Origin: Rhynchobatus australiae | Taxonomy: Eukaryota | DNA length: 64,000 nt | Reading direction: 5' to 3' | Assembly: GCA_034780895.1 (NCBI GenBank) | Contig: JAUZTB010000074.1 | Coordinates: 16,472,789-16,536,788, forward strand | Shown: positions 50,771-64,000 of the stretch, piece after piece | Layout of the letters: every line of letters begins with the position of its first letter | Position numbering within the stretch: position 1 is the first letter of the stretch | Program-made: the position numbers and the translations under genes | Notes under the pieces: generated by a model | The model's input: the letters and a program-made list of their open reading frames with translations, nothing else | Databases searched by the model: none | Told to the model about the DNA's origin: nothing

Positions 50771-53737
50771 GACATCTTCGTGCAACTTCATTTAAAAACA
50801 GCAGAAAAATGATATCTTAAGGATCTTGCAATGTAATTGACTGCCATTTATATTTACAAAATATATGTATTCTTTTTAAGAACTGATGTGCATTTGTGGG
50901 TCATAAATGCATAAGTATTTTGAAGGCAAGTCATTACAATAAAATAGCCACGATAGTTGAAACTAAGAATGTACTCAAATGCTGAGCTTTCTGTAAACCT
51001 GCAGTTACAATTCACATGATTCTTAAGAGCTTAATTTAATGTACTTGGANNNNNNNNNNNNNNNNNNNNNNNNNNNNNNNNNNNNNNNNNNNNNNNNNNN
51101 NNNNNNNNNNNNNNNNNNNNNNNNGCTCATCTCAGAAAGATAAATCCTGAATTATTTGAACTTTTATTACTATGAGAATTAAAGCTGAATAATAATCACT
51201 TGTGATTTTCATTAAAAGGACAATTAACTTGTGATCCTAATTCTTTCGTAATGTTTTGGATTATTATGATCTGCACAAATCAATTATTATGCTTTGATTG
51301 CTAATAAATAATTAATACACAGCAGGCTAGGCAGCATCTTTGGAGAGAGAAACCTTTTCTGTTTTTATTTATTTCCAGCATCTATAGTTTTTTTTTGCTT
51401 TTTGAAATAATACATGGTGAAATGTAAAGGTAATCACACAAATATGTAATCTTTGACGAGAGAACAGTTACTGTTAATTATCGTAGTTAAGTAACATCTA
51501 AATCAGAGCTTAAAATATGAATACATTGAATTTTTATGTATTATTATACCTCATTAGTCCCCTAGGTGTGTTGGATACATTATTTTTATATCTTGAACTT
51601 CTAGGCCAATGAAATGTTTCCAAATATGAATAAGCATGTCACTGACCATTAATGGTACAGCAAAAACTGAGAGCAATAAAGAAGTTACTTTATTGCCAGC
51701 TGGGTGATGCCACCATGCATTAGTATGTAGGAGATAAATGCTTGATGCAATTGGAAATGAACCTGAGAATGTAATATTTATGAATATCGTTAAAGCTGCC
51801 GTTTCATATTTTGGTAATGAATGCAAATGGGACACAGCTGCAATTACAAGTAAACCAAGTAAAACGTGATTGATGAATTAGAGCCCTGAATGTGAAATGA
51901 ATAAAGACTAGATTTGGGCAACTGACTAATTGCTGAGCTCAGCAAAGGAGTTTTAACTGAATATCTGTTTTCCAAAAAAATGCCTAATGAATATTTGGTA
52001 AAATTGCACTTTGTGAAAGGGTGCAGCAAATAGTTGCAATAATATGATGTATTAGATTTGCAACATACAATAATACTACAGGTGCATCTGGATTTATACT
52101 CGTAGCTGGTCATACTGACAGGCTGCTGTGAAGAGGCTGAGTAATGCCTCTGGATATTTGGGGAAAGTCTGACAAGGAGAGAGAGTTACCACTGGCATTT
52201 GGGCATTTTTGTGCAACTTTAACTAGTCTGCCCTTTTGATAGTATATTGAATTTTCTCCCCCTTCTTAAGTCAACAACAATCTCCAATAGTTGCATGAGT
52301 CTTGGTAATTTTCAAGATCTCAATGATTATTTTCTTATCCATTCCCTCTAAAATTGAATAGTAATCCAAACTTTTTCCATCTGATATATGTGGCCCCTTT
52401 TTTTTTTGATCTATTTAAATATATGTGCTCTCTTATATATGTCCAAGACTAGAATATTGCTGTCTTATCTGGAGAAACTCAACCAATACTTGTCTCTAAT
52501 TTAAGGTTAGGACTCTAGGAACAAAATGCCTTTGTCTATTAGACATCTTCTCTTCCATCTATGGATTTGCTGTTCCTTAAATTGATTTTGTTCTATTGCA
52601 AAGTGCTCATTCGTTTAATCTCTTGAGGTCAGTGCTCATCTGATTTCTTCCCTTTGTCCTAAAGTTTAACTCTGCTATCAAATCTCTTCATAATAATATT
52701 CTCACTTTGTTTAAATTTAGATTCCTTGTATTGTATCTCACTGTAATTCTTTTCTATGAAAGTGGGAACTACTCAACTCCTTATCTCATTAAGATAACAA
52801 TGACTTGTCTCTCCAAATTGGTTTCAAAACCAAAACTTGGCGTCTCTTCCTAAGTTGGTGCTATTGTTCTTGTCTGGAGTGGTGATGACTGGAACAGAGA
52901 GAAGATAAAGATGTGACAATAGAATTTCCATAAAACAGTTAAGAAGCAATAGGTTTAAATTTGGGATTTGACAGTGCTGACCAGATGTGCTTTTGCTTTT
53001 TGTTAAAGAAGGAATAATTTATTGATATGCAGTTTTAAAAATCCAAGCCACTAGTAACCCAGAGACAGATGCTTTGTTTTCTCAGTGCTGTTGGTTACAT
53101 CAAATTCCTTTCTTGGTTGGATGAGTTTGTCTTGGCTAGATTACTGTATGTGGTCTGAAAAGAAGAATGCTGACATCAAATTTTCTCTTGCCTGAAGTAC
53201 CATTGATAATGAGTGAGGGGGAGGAAAAACATACTTGTTTGTTCCACCCTCCTGCTAAATTGCTTACTGGAAGATGAGATACCCTTGAAAGAGCAGTAAG
53301 CTTTTTCAAAAAAATTATTTTACAAGGTTAAACTCACTCCTGTTATGGTATTGTAAATTTAATGTCTATCTTAAAAAGCAGTCTGAAAATCTGCATGTTT
53401 TTTATTTGGCCAGTTGACATTCATTGACTTGTTTGACACTGATTTATTTTAGTTCCCAAAATTAGCAGGTCAGCGACATATATTTGTGTTCCTTATTGAA
53501 TAGACTATTTTGAAACCTGAGATTCCACAGCTGACAATTGTATAGAATTCGCAGTCAGCATTGAAGCAACCTTTGGCATGTGTTGACGCTCTCAAAGAAA
53601 TCTAGTGATCTTAGTTGTTTAGACTTCCCTGCTGCTGATGCCAGTGTCTGTTGAGTATTGAATCAAGAGGATCTCAGCTATTCAGATTAAAGAGTTCTTA
53701 CAGACAGCAAAACAGGAAGGAAGGGGGAGTTAGGGAC

Positions 53738-54942
53738 TTGAAGGGATTTAAGAGAGCTAGAAGGGGACATTTGAAGACCTTGGTCAGTAGAATTAAGGAA
53801 AACCCCAAGATGTTCTACATGTACATGAAGAACAGGAGGATGACTGGAGTGAGGGTAGGACCGCTTGGGGATAAAGGGGGAAAATGTGCCTGGAGGTGGA
53901 GGAGGTAGGGGAAGTCCTTCATGAATACTTTGCTTCAGTGCTCACTAGGGAGAGGGACTTTGAATGTGACATCACTGTAGAACAAGCTAATGTGCTGGAG
54001 CATGTTGAGGTTAAGAAAGAGGTAATGTTGGAGCTTCTGAAAAAACATTAGGATACAGAAGTCCCCGGGGTCAGATGTGATACACCCCAGGTTACTACAG
54101 GAAATGAGGGAAGAGATTTTTGGGGCGTTGATGATATTTACATTCTCCCTGGCTGCAAGAGTGGTGCCAGAGGATTGGAGGATGACAAATGTTGTTCAAG
54201 AAAGGAAATGGGGATAATCCTGGGGATTGTAGACCAGTGGGTCTTACGTCAGTGGTGGGCAAGCTATTGAAGAGGATTCTTAGGGACAGGATTTATGAGT
54301 ATTTGGAGAAGCATGGTCTTATTAGGGACAGTCAGCATGGCTTTGTGAGGGGCAAGTCATGCCTCATGAGCCTAATTTGAATTTTTTTTGAGGAAGTGGC
54401 AAAACACATTGAAGGTAGAGGGTTGGATGTCATGTATGTGGATTTTAGTAAGGTGCTTGACAAGGTTCCCCAGGTTAGGAACCTGGATTAGAGAACGTGC
54501 CTTATGAGGAAAGGTTGAGCAAGCTAGGGCTTTTCTCTTTGGAGCGATGCAGGATGAGAGGCGACTTGATAGAGGTGTATAAGATTGAGGGGCATAGATA
54601 GAGTGGACAGCCAGCATCTTTTCTGCAGGGTGGCAATAGTCAATACTAGAGGACATCAGTTTAAGATGACTAAAGGAAAGTTTAGGGGAGATGTCAGGTA
54701 GGTTTTTTACACAGAGAGTGGTGGGTGCCTGGAATGCACTGCCGGGGGTGGTAGTAGAAGCTGATACAACAGGGACATTTAAGAGACTTAGGTAGGCAGA
54801 TGGATGTAAGAAAAATGGAGGGTTATGGGCTGTGTAGGAGGGACGGGTTAGATTGATCGGGGAGTATTTTTATATAGGGAGGTACAACATCATGAGCTGA
54901 AGGGCCTGTGCTGCGCTGTAATGTTCTATGTTCTCTGTTCTA
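53738..54942 (+). mobile_element. Relatively young CR1 LINE, 5'-truncated with an internal deletion
   Basis: IKENPKMFYMY; FKKGNGDNPGDCRPVGLTSVVGKLL..SQHGFVRGKSCL; YVDFSK..DKVP then jumps to [21 protein letters not shown]; (TGTTCTA)n-like tail. Confidence 0.95.
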
Positions 54943-56939
54943 AAAACACTATTCTAAAAAGTTTAAACTTAGTACTTGCCATCAAATACTGAAACACAGC
55001 ACGTCCACATGCATAAAAATAATATTTTTTTAAATCAGTGAGCTTATGCTGGTATTTAGAACTCACTTAGACCTAATAACAAAGCCTAAATTTTTCCAGA
55101 ATATTTCACAGTATGGCCAGCTTACAAAATACTTGTATATTCACATCAATTCAGTTGTGGTGTACATCACAAAAGCACTGAATTACTGACAACAAGTTTG
55201 GACTTCTGCATAAAAGCACAGAAAAACAATGCTATATCATATGGTTCACATGTGTCTGAATATTATTTTGCATCCTTTATGATGGGTGAATAGTGTCTGG
55301 ATTTTGGGGTCAGGGTGCCCTTGGAGCAGTGTGTGCCCATATTTGTGTGGCAAAGATATTGTGTGCATGTAGTGAATGGCTGGCACAATACTGCACAATG
55401 TATAGTTCACAAGCCATGCATGCACACTGGGTGTTTCCATTGGGACAGTCTCTGAGTGAAGAATGTCTATATTCATCACTCACCTACAACTTTAGTTGCA
55501 GGCTGGGTGCTTTATTTGGCATGCCTTTTAGAGTGTAACAGACCATGAAAATGAGCGGTGGATCTAAGAGTAGAACAAGGTTCTGGAAGATCCTAAAGAA
55601 GGAGGGATAGAAGCATTCTTTATAGAAGGTCATATTTGACTGGGGGAGCAATTCAACTCTCTAATTCTTGGGGGAGAACTGTGTTTGAGGCATATCCTCT
55701 CAAATGAGAACAATCTCAGAATTTACCCAGCTGCAGCCTCTGAGCAGGAAGAGTACTGCCTTGCCAGTGGATATCGTGGTCAGTTTAGAAAAGAAACTTT
55801 ATTTTGCTCCTTTATGTTTGGAGATTGAAATGCATGTAATACAGTGCAGTTTTCTGTCCTCTGTTTCTTCAGCTTGGTCACTAATGGGCTGTATTAAAAG
55901 AGAAAGACACAGATTTCATGCTCTTACCAGCGTCCAGCAGACAGTCAGAACACATGGCTTTGATAGGATTCTAATGTGGCAGAGTGGTTTTGACTGCTTG
56001 TGCGTTGCTTTGTAAACACTGCACATCAACTCTGTCTAATAGTAGAAGGTGAAAGGAATTCCAATCAATTGCTCCTTGTGTGAAGTGCTAGTGGATTAGG
56101 CTGATCACTGCTGGCATCTTGACATTGGTCTTAATGCCTTCATTCTATGGCAGTCTTCCATCACAGCTGCATGTGACTCACCATGGCAATCCAAAAAGTG
56201 TTTGCTTGGCCACAAGGCTATCTTTGGGTGACGTGACTGATGGGCTTGAGTGCAAAATCCACGCACAGCATAAATACAAAGAAAATTGTGTGATGTACAA
56301 ACTTGAATAGATTTCCTGAAACAAAGCTTCTGGTGACTGGAATGCCTGCAGGAGGTCTTTGCTATTAGGTGAAGTAGATGCCAAGAGATATGGTGACCTG
56401 CTGTTTGATACACCTTGCTATCCTTGAAGCTGACACTATTACATGTTGTGCCATCTATCAACGTTTCCCTGGTCAGATTCGCATGTAAAGTGACTCTCAG
56501 CTTCTGCTCCTGGATAATTCGGGTGCATGCTAGATTTTAACAAAGGTGGTCATTTACAGTATTAGATTCTGATTTGATCTGGAGCCAATCAACAGCCGAT
56601 TTAACCTAAACTAGCCATTGAATTAATTATGATAGGCAGTTAGCATTAACTTGATGTGCTACCTGCTATAAAGTCAACAGGCATAGATTGTTATTCTCAC
56701 ATTGTTTTTAGGGCTGACTGGTCTTGGTTACACTAAGCAAATATAAATGTCATCATTGTAAGTGTAATTAGTGGTATTATATTTTGTAATATTTCTTTGT
56801 CCTATGCTTGCTTTGAGAAAATGGTGGTTTATTCTTTGTGTGTAGACCTGATAATGAAATTTCTTTATGGGTAAAGAGGTGGTGAAAGGTTTCACTCAGA
56901 CTTGTGTTTCTCTTGTATGGACTGACAGCCAGTTTAAAA

Positions 56940-57290
56940 CAAATCCAATTGAGTCACAAATATTAGAGTTCCACCCCTGCCCATCTGCTGCAGCCATCTT
57001 TTGAGACCTCTGGACACCACCATTCCAATGCTCTTCTGGCCATCCTTCTATCCTACAAAAAATACTGAGCTCGATATTCTAGTGCCAGTGTTGTAACCCT
57101 CAACAAATCATGCTCATTCATCATACACTTATTGATCTATGTCACAACCGAGCGCACATGAGCCTCATTTAAAGTTCATGACCTCATGATCAAATGCCTC
57201 CATGGCATCAGCTCTCCCTTACTCTGCAACTTCTTCCCGTTCTTATGGTCACCAAGATGGTGGTATGTTTTGGAAAATTATTCCATTTTA
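56940..57290 (+). mobile_element. Decayed L2 3' fragment
   Basis: ttccaatgctcttctggccatcct (cf. YSNALLAGLP) and tttaaagttc..tcaaatgcctccatggc (cf. FKIL..FKSLHG). Confidence 0.55.
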
Positions 57291-60200
57291 CCATAGTTTC
57301 AGTTCTGTAGTTTCTTCTCATTAGAATTGGACAGTTTTATTTTAATGCTTTGCATTGCTGCCTATGCCAACACCTTTCCTGGTGGGATTTTTAAAAATAG
57401 TACTGATATACCACACTGAAGTGTGAGATCCCCAGGAACATTCAGTTCATAAACAGATTCTTGCCAAGGCACACACTTCAGTAAAATGTGCAATTTAGCC
57501 AACTTAAAAATAGATGATTAAAATCAGTGTATATTGCAGTTGGTGAAGCAGAGACCAAAGACGTTTTTTGTACTGTAAAGTTAACTGCTCTTCATTGAAC
57601 TTGATTTCATATAACGATTATTTAATTCAGTGGAGTTTCCTGTAGCTCATAAAGCACAATTACTGATGTTTGAGGTATTAGGGTGCAGCAAATTCCAATC
57701 TTTGAAGTTCTGAAAATCATTGAATTATTTGGCTTTTGCTGTTATTTTTGATTCAGTTATGTGTCTAAGTCTCTGGGGTCGGAGAGTGTCCTCAGGCGGA
57801 ATTGTTCTGCATTTGATCATCTATTCAAAGATCAAAAATGGTGCAAATCAATTTAAGTGTGCAAGGAATAATTTGTAGTTAAATATAATTTAAACTCTTT
57901 CCTTGCCGACTTTTGATGGAATCTTTCCTTGATTTAATAAACAAGGAATTTTGGATTGTAAAATTAAACATGGAGATTTCTTAACCATGCCAAACGAGTC
58001 AATAGTTGCCAGTTACAAGCTTGATGTGCTGGTAATTGTTATTATTCTTTGTATATTTTTAATTATTTCATTAGAAAGTTCACGTGATTCACTAAACCAA
58101 TTAGCTGAACAGTCATGGAAAGTCAATTAAGAAATAATCAGAATGGTTAATTCAATTGAAGAGTAGAAATTGTATCATAATTGAGATAACTTTGAGCTGA
58201 TTTATTTTCCCTTCATTTTTGTTTCACTCTGTCCCAGTGGATTGACTTCTTCCATGTAATCCCTGGAATAGCTATTATTCTTCAGAGTCTTGGCAATGTG
58301 TCAGTAGGTCATTAAGACAGGATCTGGGATCTTCCTGATTTGTGTGGATCAGCTGCTAAAGTATTCAGAAGGCTAAATTTTCTGTAGTTTTAAGACATGA
58401 TGTAGAAAGTAAGTGCTTTTCTTTTGTAAATAAATTACAGGAAACTCTTCTGGAACTATCAACATATTGGATGAGTTAATTCATGTTTACAAAAGGTGAA
58501 ATTCTGTGAAGGATGGTGATCAGTAATTACTGTGAACATTTCTTCCTGTCTGGACAAATATACTGGAAGCTAGCCTTGCAACTGCAAGGCCAGAAATGTC
58601 AGCACAAGTAGCAAATGAGGCAGGCAGTTGAATTCAATTTGCCCATATGTGTTTGTGTTCATGTATTTTAGCTAAAATGCCAGAAGTAAAGCCTCTTGAA
58701 AAGAATTCTGTTCTTTCATTGAATCATTCCTGTTAATGAAGTATAAACTTGTACCAATACAGTTGTTATTAATGAGTCTTGCAAATTACAATGAGAAGTT
58801 AGTAACTCATTTCTTGCTATTCTTTGCACTGATTGTTAAAATAGTGAGGGCTTCTGTGATAGCACCCTCTTAAAAACATGGCTACCTAGTAGAGCCAGGG
58901 CATTGGCACTCCCTGCAAGTTCCATCCAGGTCTCTCACACTAAAGACATTTTAGATGATGCCACCATCTTTTCACTATTACTGGGTGAAGATCCTGGAAC
59001 TTCCCACCAAACAGTGTTGTGGGAGCATTTCACCATGTGGACTGCTACAGTTCAAGAAGGCAGCTCAGTTCTCAATGACACTTTTGCAAGGACACAAAGG
59101 CATTAATGTTCACCTTGCCTTGTTTATAGCATGCAGCAACAACATGATCTTTGACATGTTTGGCATGGTGAATGACTATAATGTTTGATTCCTACCTTCT
59201 CTATGTCTCATGTCCACTTTGGGGACACTACAGGGCATTTCTTTAGTGAAGATACTATAAAGAGCCAACACGGTACTACATCTTCAGTTGTATTCCTTGC
59301 ACTTCAGACTCTGCAAAAGCTACTGATGAATTTAAATGTCTGTAAAGCTTGTATGCTTTGTGGCCTTTTACCTTTCAAGTGTGATTGTCTCTTGTCTCTT
59401 AAAAAATTTCCTGAGCCAAGATTTTCCAGATACTTATTGTAATTTGCAATAAAATTCTATAGGATGTGATAATGATCTAGTTCCATCTGATCGGTCTGAA
59501 ATGAGTTTTGCCAGCACTTGAAAATATACCCGGCATACCATGTCACCTATTTTTGAGGAGTAACTTTTTTATTTTCACTATTTTATCTGTTTTTCCTGTT
59601 TATTTATCTGTGTGACTTTAATTCTATTATAGAATTATGCATTACTAAAATTGAGACCAGTACTTGGCATATTTTCTGACCAGGAGATAAAAACTAATTA
59701 GAGTAAATTAGGAAATTATTGACTTGGAGAGAAGTAAAACTAAAGTGATTTTTTTTTCGAGCTAGCAAGTGTCAATAATGATAATGAAAATAATCCAATT
59801 TATCTTGACATTAGAAATTGGGTCAGAATGTGCTGCATTTAAAACTTGAAACTTTTCCAAAATCTTTTGTAAGTGGAAAGCAAGCAAAATTAAAATTGGA
59901 AATGCAGTCACAGCAGAACTTATAATGATTCCATGGATGCTGTAAGTTAGTTTGTAAGGTAAAAATATGAAAGAAACAATTCCCTATAATTTTTCTCTCT
60001 GTGGAATGACAACTGACACTTGTGTTTCTCCAACAAGCTCTTCCTATCTGTACTATGTGACACATGACCAAATATTACAGATTACATGGAAAAACTCTGA
60101 ATAGGGATTTTAATTGGAGATTGTGGAGAGAAAAATTAAGCATCTTGGCTCTTTCAAAATTTCTGTGCTAATTTACACTGCAGCAGGTAAGGACCCATCA

Positions 60201-61149
60201 GTAACCTCCCTTAGGCATGCATACAGTCTGTTGGGAATTATTCATTAGAAGAAAGAATAACTTGGTTGGTTTGCTTCAAAAGGGAATAGGGCATTGAAAA
60301 GGAAAGTTTGCAGGGCCCTTGGGGAAAGAGCAATGGAATTACACCATTTGGAAAGTTCACAGGCATATTAGACTAGTTTCTGACTCTGCTGCAAAATTTT
60401 GTGTTGCGTTTATGACTTAGAACTTCATCTGTACTTGTGTAAAATATGAAGATTAATTGTGTCTTAAAATGCTCTCATCATAGCATTGTACATTTGGAAC
60501 ATCAATTTTATGCTAATCAGCATGTTCCATAAGCATTTGTGCTTTTGCAGGAAGAAAACATTTTGAATATCACACACACAGTGGATTGTTGCAGGCAAGA
60601 TTTCTCTATTTCCTCCTCTAACTCATTCTGTAAATGGTCATCAAAAGGAAGTCAGCTTTAGGAAAATACACTTGGAAAAGGAAATTGAAACATACAAGCA
60701 TGTTGCACCTTGCATACGACACTCCCAAATTTCTCTGTCCACTTTTGAGGAGGCAAAGGAAAGACATAAAGCTTCTAATTAACAAGAAAAAGATAGTAAT
60801 TAAAAGGGATGTTAAAATGTTCCTCTCAGCTGCACATCAGCACTAGAAATAGCTTACAGGCTGTAACAACATCACCTATAACACTTTCTGTTTATGTGGT
60901 GTTTTTAACAAAGCACATTAGGATTGTTTATTGCTTCACTGGAGCATTATCGAAGAAAAAGATAATGCTGCTCCATGTTAGGAGATGGCCGATTGGATAA
61001 TCAACAACTTTGTCAAAGCTTCCAGCTTAAGGATGAGAGATTTTGGGAGATTTCATGCCAGATTTGCAATAGTATGAATATCTTGGATGGTGAAAGGGTT
61101 GGGAAGATAGGGAAGGACGAACCCATGGAACAATTTAAAAAAAATAATG

Positions 61150-61620
61150 GTAAGAAGTTTTAAAAAAAATCAAAGCCAGTTTTGGTTAGTGAACAGAAGG
61201 GTGATGAGGGGTCAAACTTGGCATGTGGCAAGATTAAAAGTAACCGAGGTTCAGATAATCTCAAGTGTACAGAGAGTAAAGTGAGTGATGCCAATCAAGA
61301 GCTTGTGGAAAACGGAGGCAAGAGAGTGGATGAGGCTTTCAGCTGCGGGCGGACTGAGGTAGGGTGGAGTCGGGTGCTGTTACAGGCATGGAAATAGGCA
61401 GTCATGGTGATTGGCATGGATGTGAACTCCCAAGTTTACCTCTGGATCAGATATGACACCAGGATTGCAAACAATCTAGTTCAGTTTTTGATGTTTGCCT
61501 GTGAGAGGGATGGAGTTGGTGGCTAGGGTACAGAGTTTGTGACATGGGTCAAAGATGGTGTCTTATGTAATCAATATCCAATCTTTATCTGAAGAAAATT
61601 TCTGCTTAACTAGTACACTA
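61150..61620 (-). mobile_element. L2 LINE fragment
   Basis: Reverse LNxIVCNPGVISDPE..HIH..TAYFH (cf. VRNLGVIFDPELSF..HI..KTAYFHL). Confidence 0.75.
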
Positions 61621-63184
61621 GTGAGCCTTACGAAAATGCCTGAGTAGAAAATGCCTTGAGTAATCTGCCAGAGCATATTTTCAGAACAAATTTGAACTCT
61701 AGATCTTCAGTATTAAGTGTTTATATATTATTAAGATGCGTCTTGTAGGCATGGAATAGAATTAGAAAGGAAATGGTGTTTTGGAATTTAGCAGCAATCT
61801 AAATTTGCTTGTAGTAGCTAGATTTTGAAGGTTCCTGTCTGATGCCACATATATTCTGTTGCTTTTAGTAGATTTCTCAGTTTTGGCTTCGTAATATGCT
61901 TGTAGTTTTACAATGTTTTATTTATTTGATTTTTAAATAGTCCAGTAGTTATTGAACAACAAAAATCTGTAGCTACTGGAAATCCGAACCAAAATAAGTG
62001 CTAGAGATAGTCAGCAGGTCAGGCAACATCTGGGGAGAGAAAAATGGAGAACATTTCAGGCCAATGACCATTTATTAGAATCCTTTATTAATAGGTCCTA
62101 ACTTTGACCAGAAGAGCATGATCAGGCCATCCCTTCTGTTTTATAATGCGTGCATGGTCACTGAATGGTAAGTTTTCAGAGACCATTCTTTGACAGCCCT
62201 ATGATGCTGGTAAAGATAGAATTTGGAAAGGTTAATTCTGATAATGTGACCCTTGTTGGGAGGGTGCGCAGTGAGGACTTTGTTTTGGGATCAATGCCCT
62301 CTAGTGGATAAATACACAAAATAAAAATGGCTTCTTACACAAAACACCACGTGTCTAACCTGCTGAATTGTGTGACTATGTTGAACAATTCCATTATGAT
62401 ACTTACAAGTATGGAATGGTTTGAAATTCTAGAAATCCCTTTGGAATGATAAGTGAAGGACAAAGACTCGCTTTGTTAATTAGCATTGGATTGGTAGAGT
62501 AGACAAGTTGAATGCATACTGACTAGACGCTGTGGTAAATGAGCTACTAGAAATGGAGTAGATAAAAGATTACACTTGAGCATCTGAGCCAGTATTGTTC
62601 ATTTGGTGGAGGGCGAGGAGGGGGGATTACATTTCAAGTACATCATAAGGAAAGGGAGATTGCTAACTGCCCATTCTGGTGGCACAGGTTGAAATTAATG
62701 TCATATGTTATTAGAACAATTTTGTTTTTCAAAAGACAAGGAGTTATCTTTCTTGGCCTTCCTTTTCCTTTCCCACCCAAGTTCTCTCTCCCTCTCTCTA
62801 ACCTTTTTTTAAATAGAACACTAGGCCTGATCAATAAGATTGTTAAAGGAATGTTGGAAGGTGGGTAAATGTTAGAATTACACATACATATCAGAGGAAT
62901 TGCTTGGAAACTAGGCTGATAAATGGACACAATATCAGTCCAGGTATAAATTATTGCTTATCTGCAGTTGCATATATTGTACCAAATTTTCATTACATTT
63001 GCCCTATGTTAGATCATTGAAGTGCCTGACTGAAGCAGTCTTTTAGCCCCCTGCAGCTGCACAAGGTAGTGTTATAAATATGCCACCTGTAGTGACCAAA
63101 ATATTTACATGTAATTCTGAGATCTTTACACTACATCACTCTGCAGTAAATCCTCTCAAAGTATTGACGGCACATAATTTTTCC

Positions 63185-63372
63185 TAGTTTAGTTTTTTGA
63201 TATTCAGTGAACCGGATGGATTTTGACCACTAACTTATAAAATTTCCAATCTATTTTAATTAACTGAACTTAAATTTACCAGCTGCTATGGAAAGATTTG
63301 AACTTCTGTTTCCAGATCATCGGTTTGGTACTCTATTACTAGTCCAGTAACGTAACCATTATTCTCTGTACC
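63185..63372 (-). mobile_element. tRNA-derived SINE, 5' part
   Basis: Reverse of ggttacgttactggactagtaa..gttcaaatc..catagcagctggtaaatttaagttc; same family as 4610-4945. Confidence 0.65.
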
Positions 63373-63764
63373 AGGTGTTCAGTCAAAATAGTGAACTCTT
63401 GTTTGTGGTGGATGTTGTTGTGATCTCTTGATTCAGTCACTTCTTAATCAGCAACACATCAAAATAGGATATTAAAATTGTAACCTAAGTGGTTCAGACC
63501 AGCAGTTTGTTCAAACCAGCAATTCATTTGCTGAGAATTTGTACATGAATAGAGTAAGTCTGTGGAATTTATTGTGAAAATATTGTAACTAACAGATACT
63601 GGCGGACGGGCAATGGTTGCAGATGACGAGGTAGAAAGTATAGGTCAGTTGAAAACAAGGATTCCGAATCAACAAGATTACACATATAGGGAATTTATTC
63701 GGGAAAGCAAAGACATTACCTAGTAATATGCAAAATATTGCCTCCTATGGTCAATTTTCTGCAT

Positions 63765-63910
63765 GGAACATTAGAACTGTACAGCACAGGAACAGGCCCT
63801 TCGGCCCATGAGTTCTGTGCCAAGCATGATGCCAAATAAAACTAATTCCTTCTGCCTGCACATATAGAACATAAGCTACAGTATAGCACAGGAATAGGCC
63901 CTCAGCCTAA
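63765..63910 (-). mobile_element. Two adjacent short CR1 3' tails
   Basis: acagcacaggaacaggcccttcggccca followed by tagcacaggaataggccctcagcc. Confidence 0.8.
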
Positions 63911-64000
63911 GTAGTGCAGAATAAAGAACAATTGAAGGGGATAACAGTGGATGCAGTGATGGTAAAATTTCTAGGGATCAATTGTATTCATTAAAATAAT

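Noticed and set aside
57391-57513. Two identical MEF2 sites TTAAAAATAG 113 bp apart (possible autoregulation)
   Set aside because: At this AT content, YTAWWWWTAR is expected roughly a couple of dozen times per 64 kb, so one close pair is unremarkable without conservation data.
59308-59442. Acceptor-like ttccttgcacttcAG followed by TLQKLLMNLNVCK, superficially like the MEF2 alpha exon TLRKKGLNGC
   Set aside because: Similarity ends after a few residues, there is no SP(D/E) acidic stretch, and the frame runs into a stop without a good donor.
61632-61662. Short tandem duplication GAAAATGCC(T)TGAGTA x2
   Set aside because: Ordinary slippage duplication.

Overview
This is vertebrate genomic DNA, AT-rich and CpG-depleted, from a gapped draft assembly. 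The repeat families (V-SINEs with CR1 tails, DeuSINEs, CR1, L2, RTE, Rex1/Babar-like and Penelope relics) point to a cartilaginous fish, probably a shark or ray; this is an inference. The only host gene I can support is MEF2A on the + strand. Its ATG exon (23417-23605, CDS from 23552) and its 204-nt MADS/MEF2 exon (28482-28685) are present. The rest of the window appears to be intron or upstream sequence, and the next (alpha) exon is not seen within 35 kb. Almost all other ORFs in the track are chance ORFs or transposon debris. I find no new protein-coding system. The best leads are: (1) a ~950-bp non-coding element with ~112-bp terminal inverted repeats and an 8-9-bp target-site duplication; (2) Penelope-like relics carrying minimal hammerhead-ribozyme cores, all antisense to MEF2A; (3) a Met-Asn-stop uORF in the MEF2A leader; (4) a dense intronic transcription-factor motif cluster; (5) several nested insertions and template-switch palindromes. 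Repeat boundaries are approximate, and family names come from recalled consensus motifs, not database searches.
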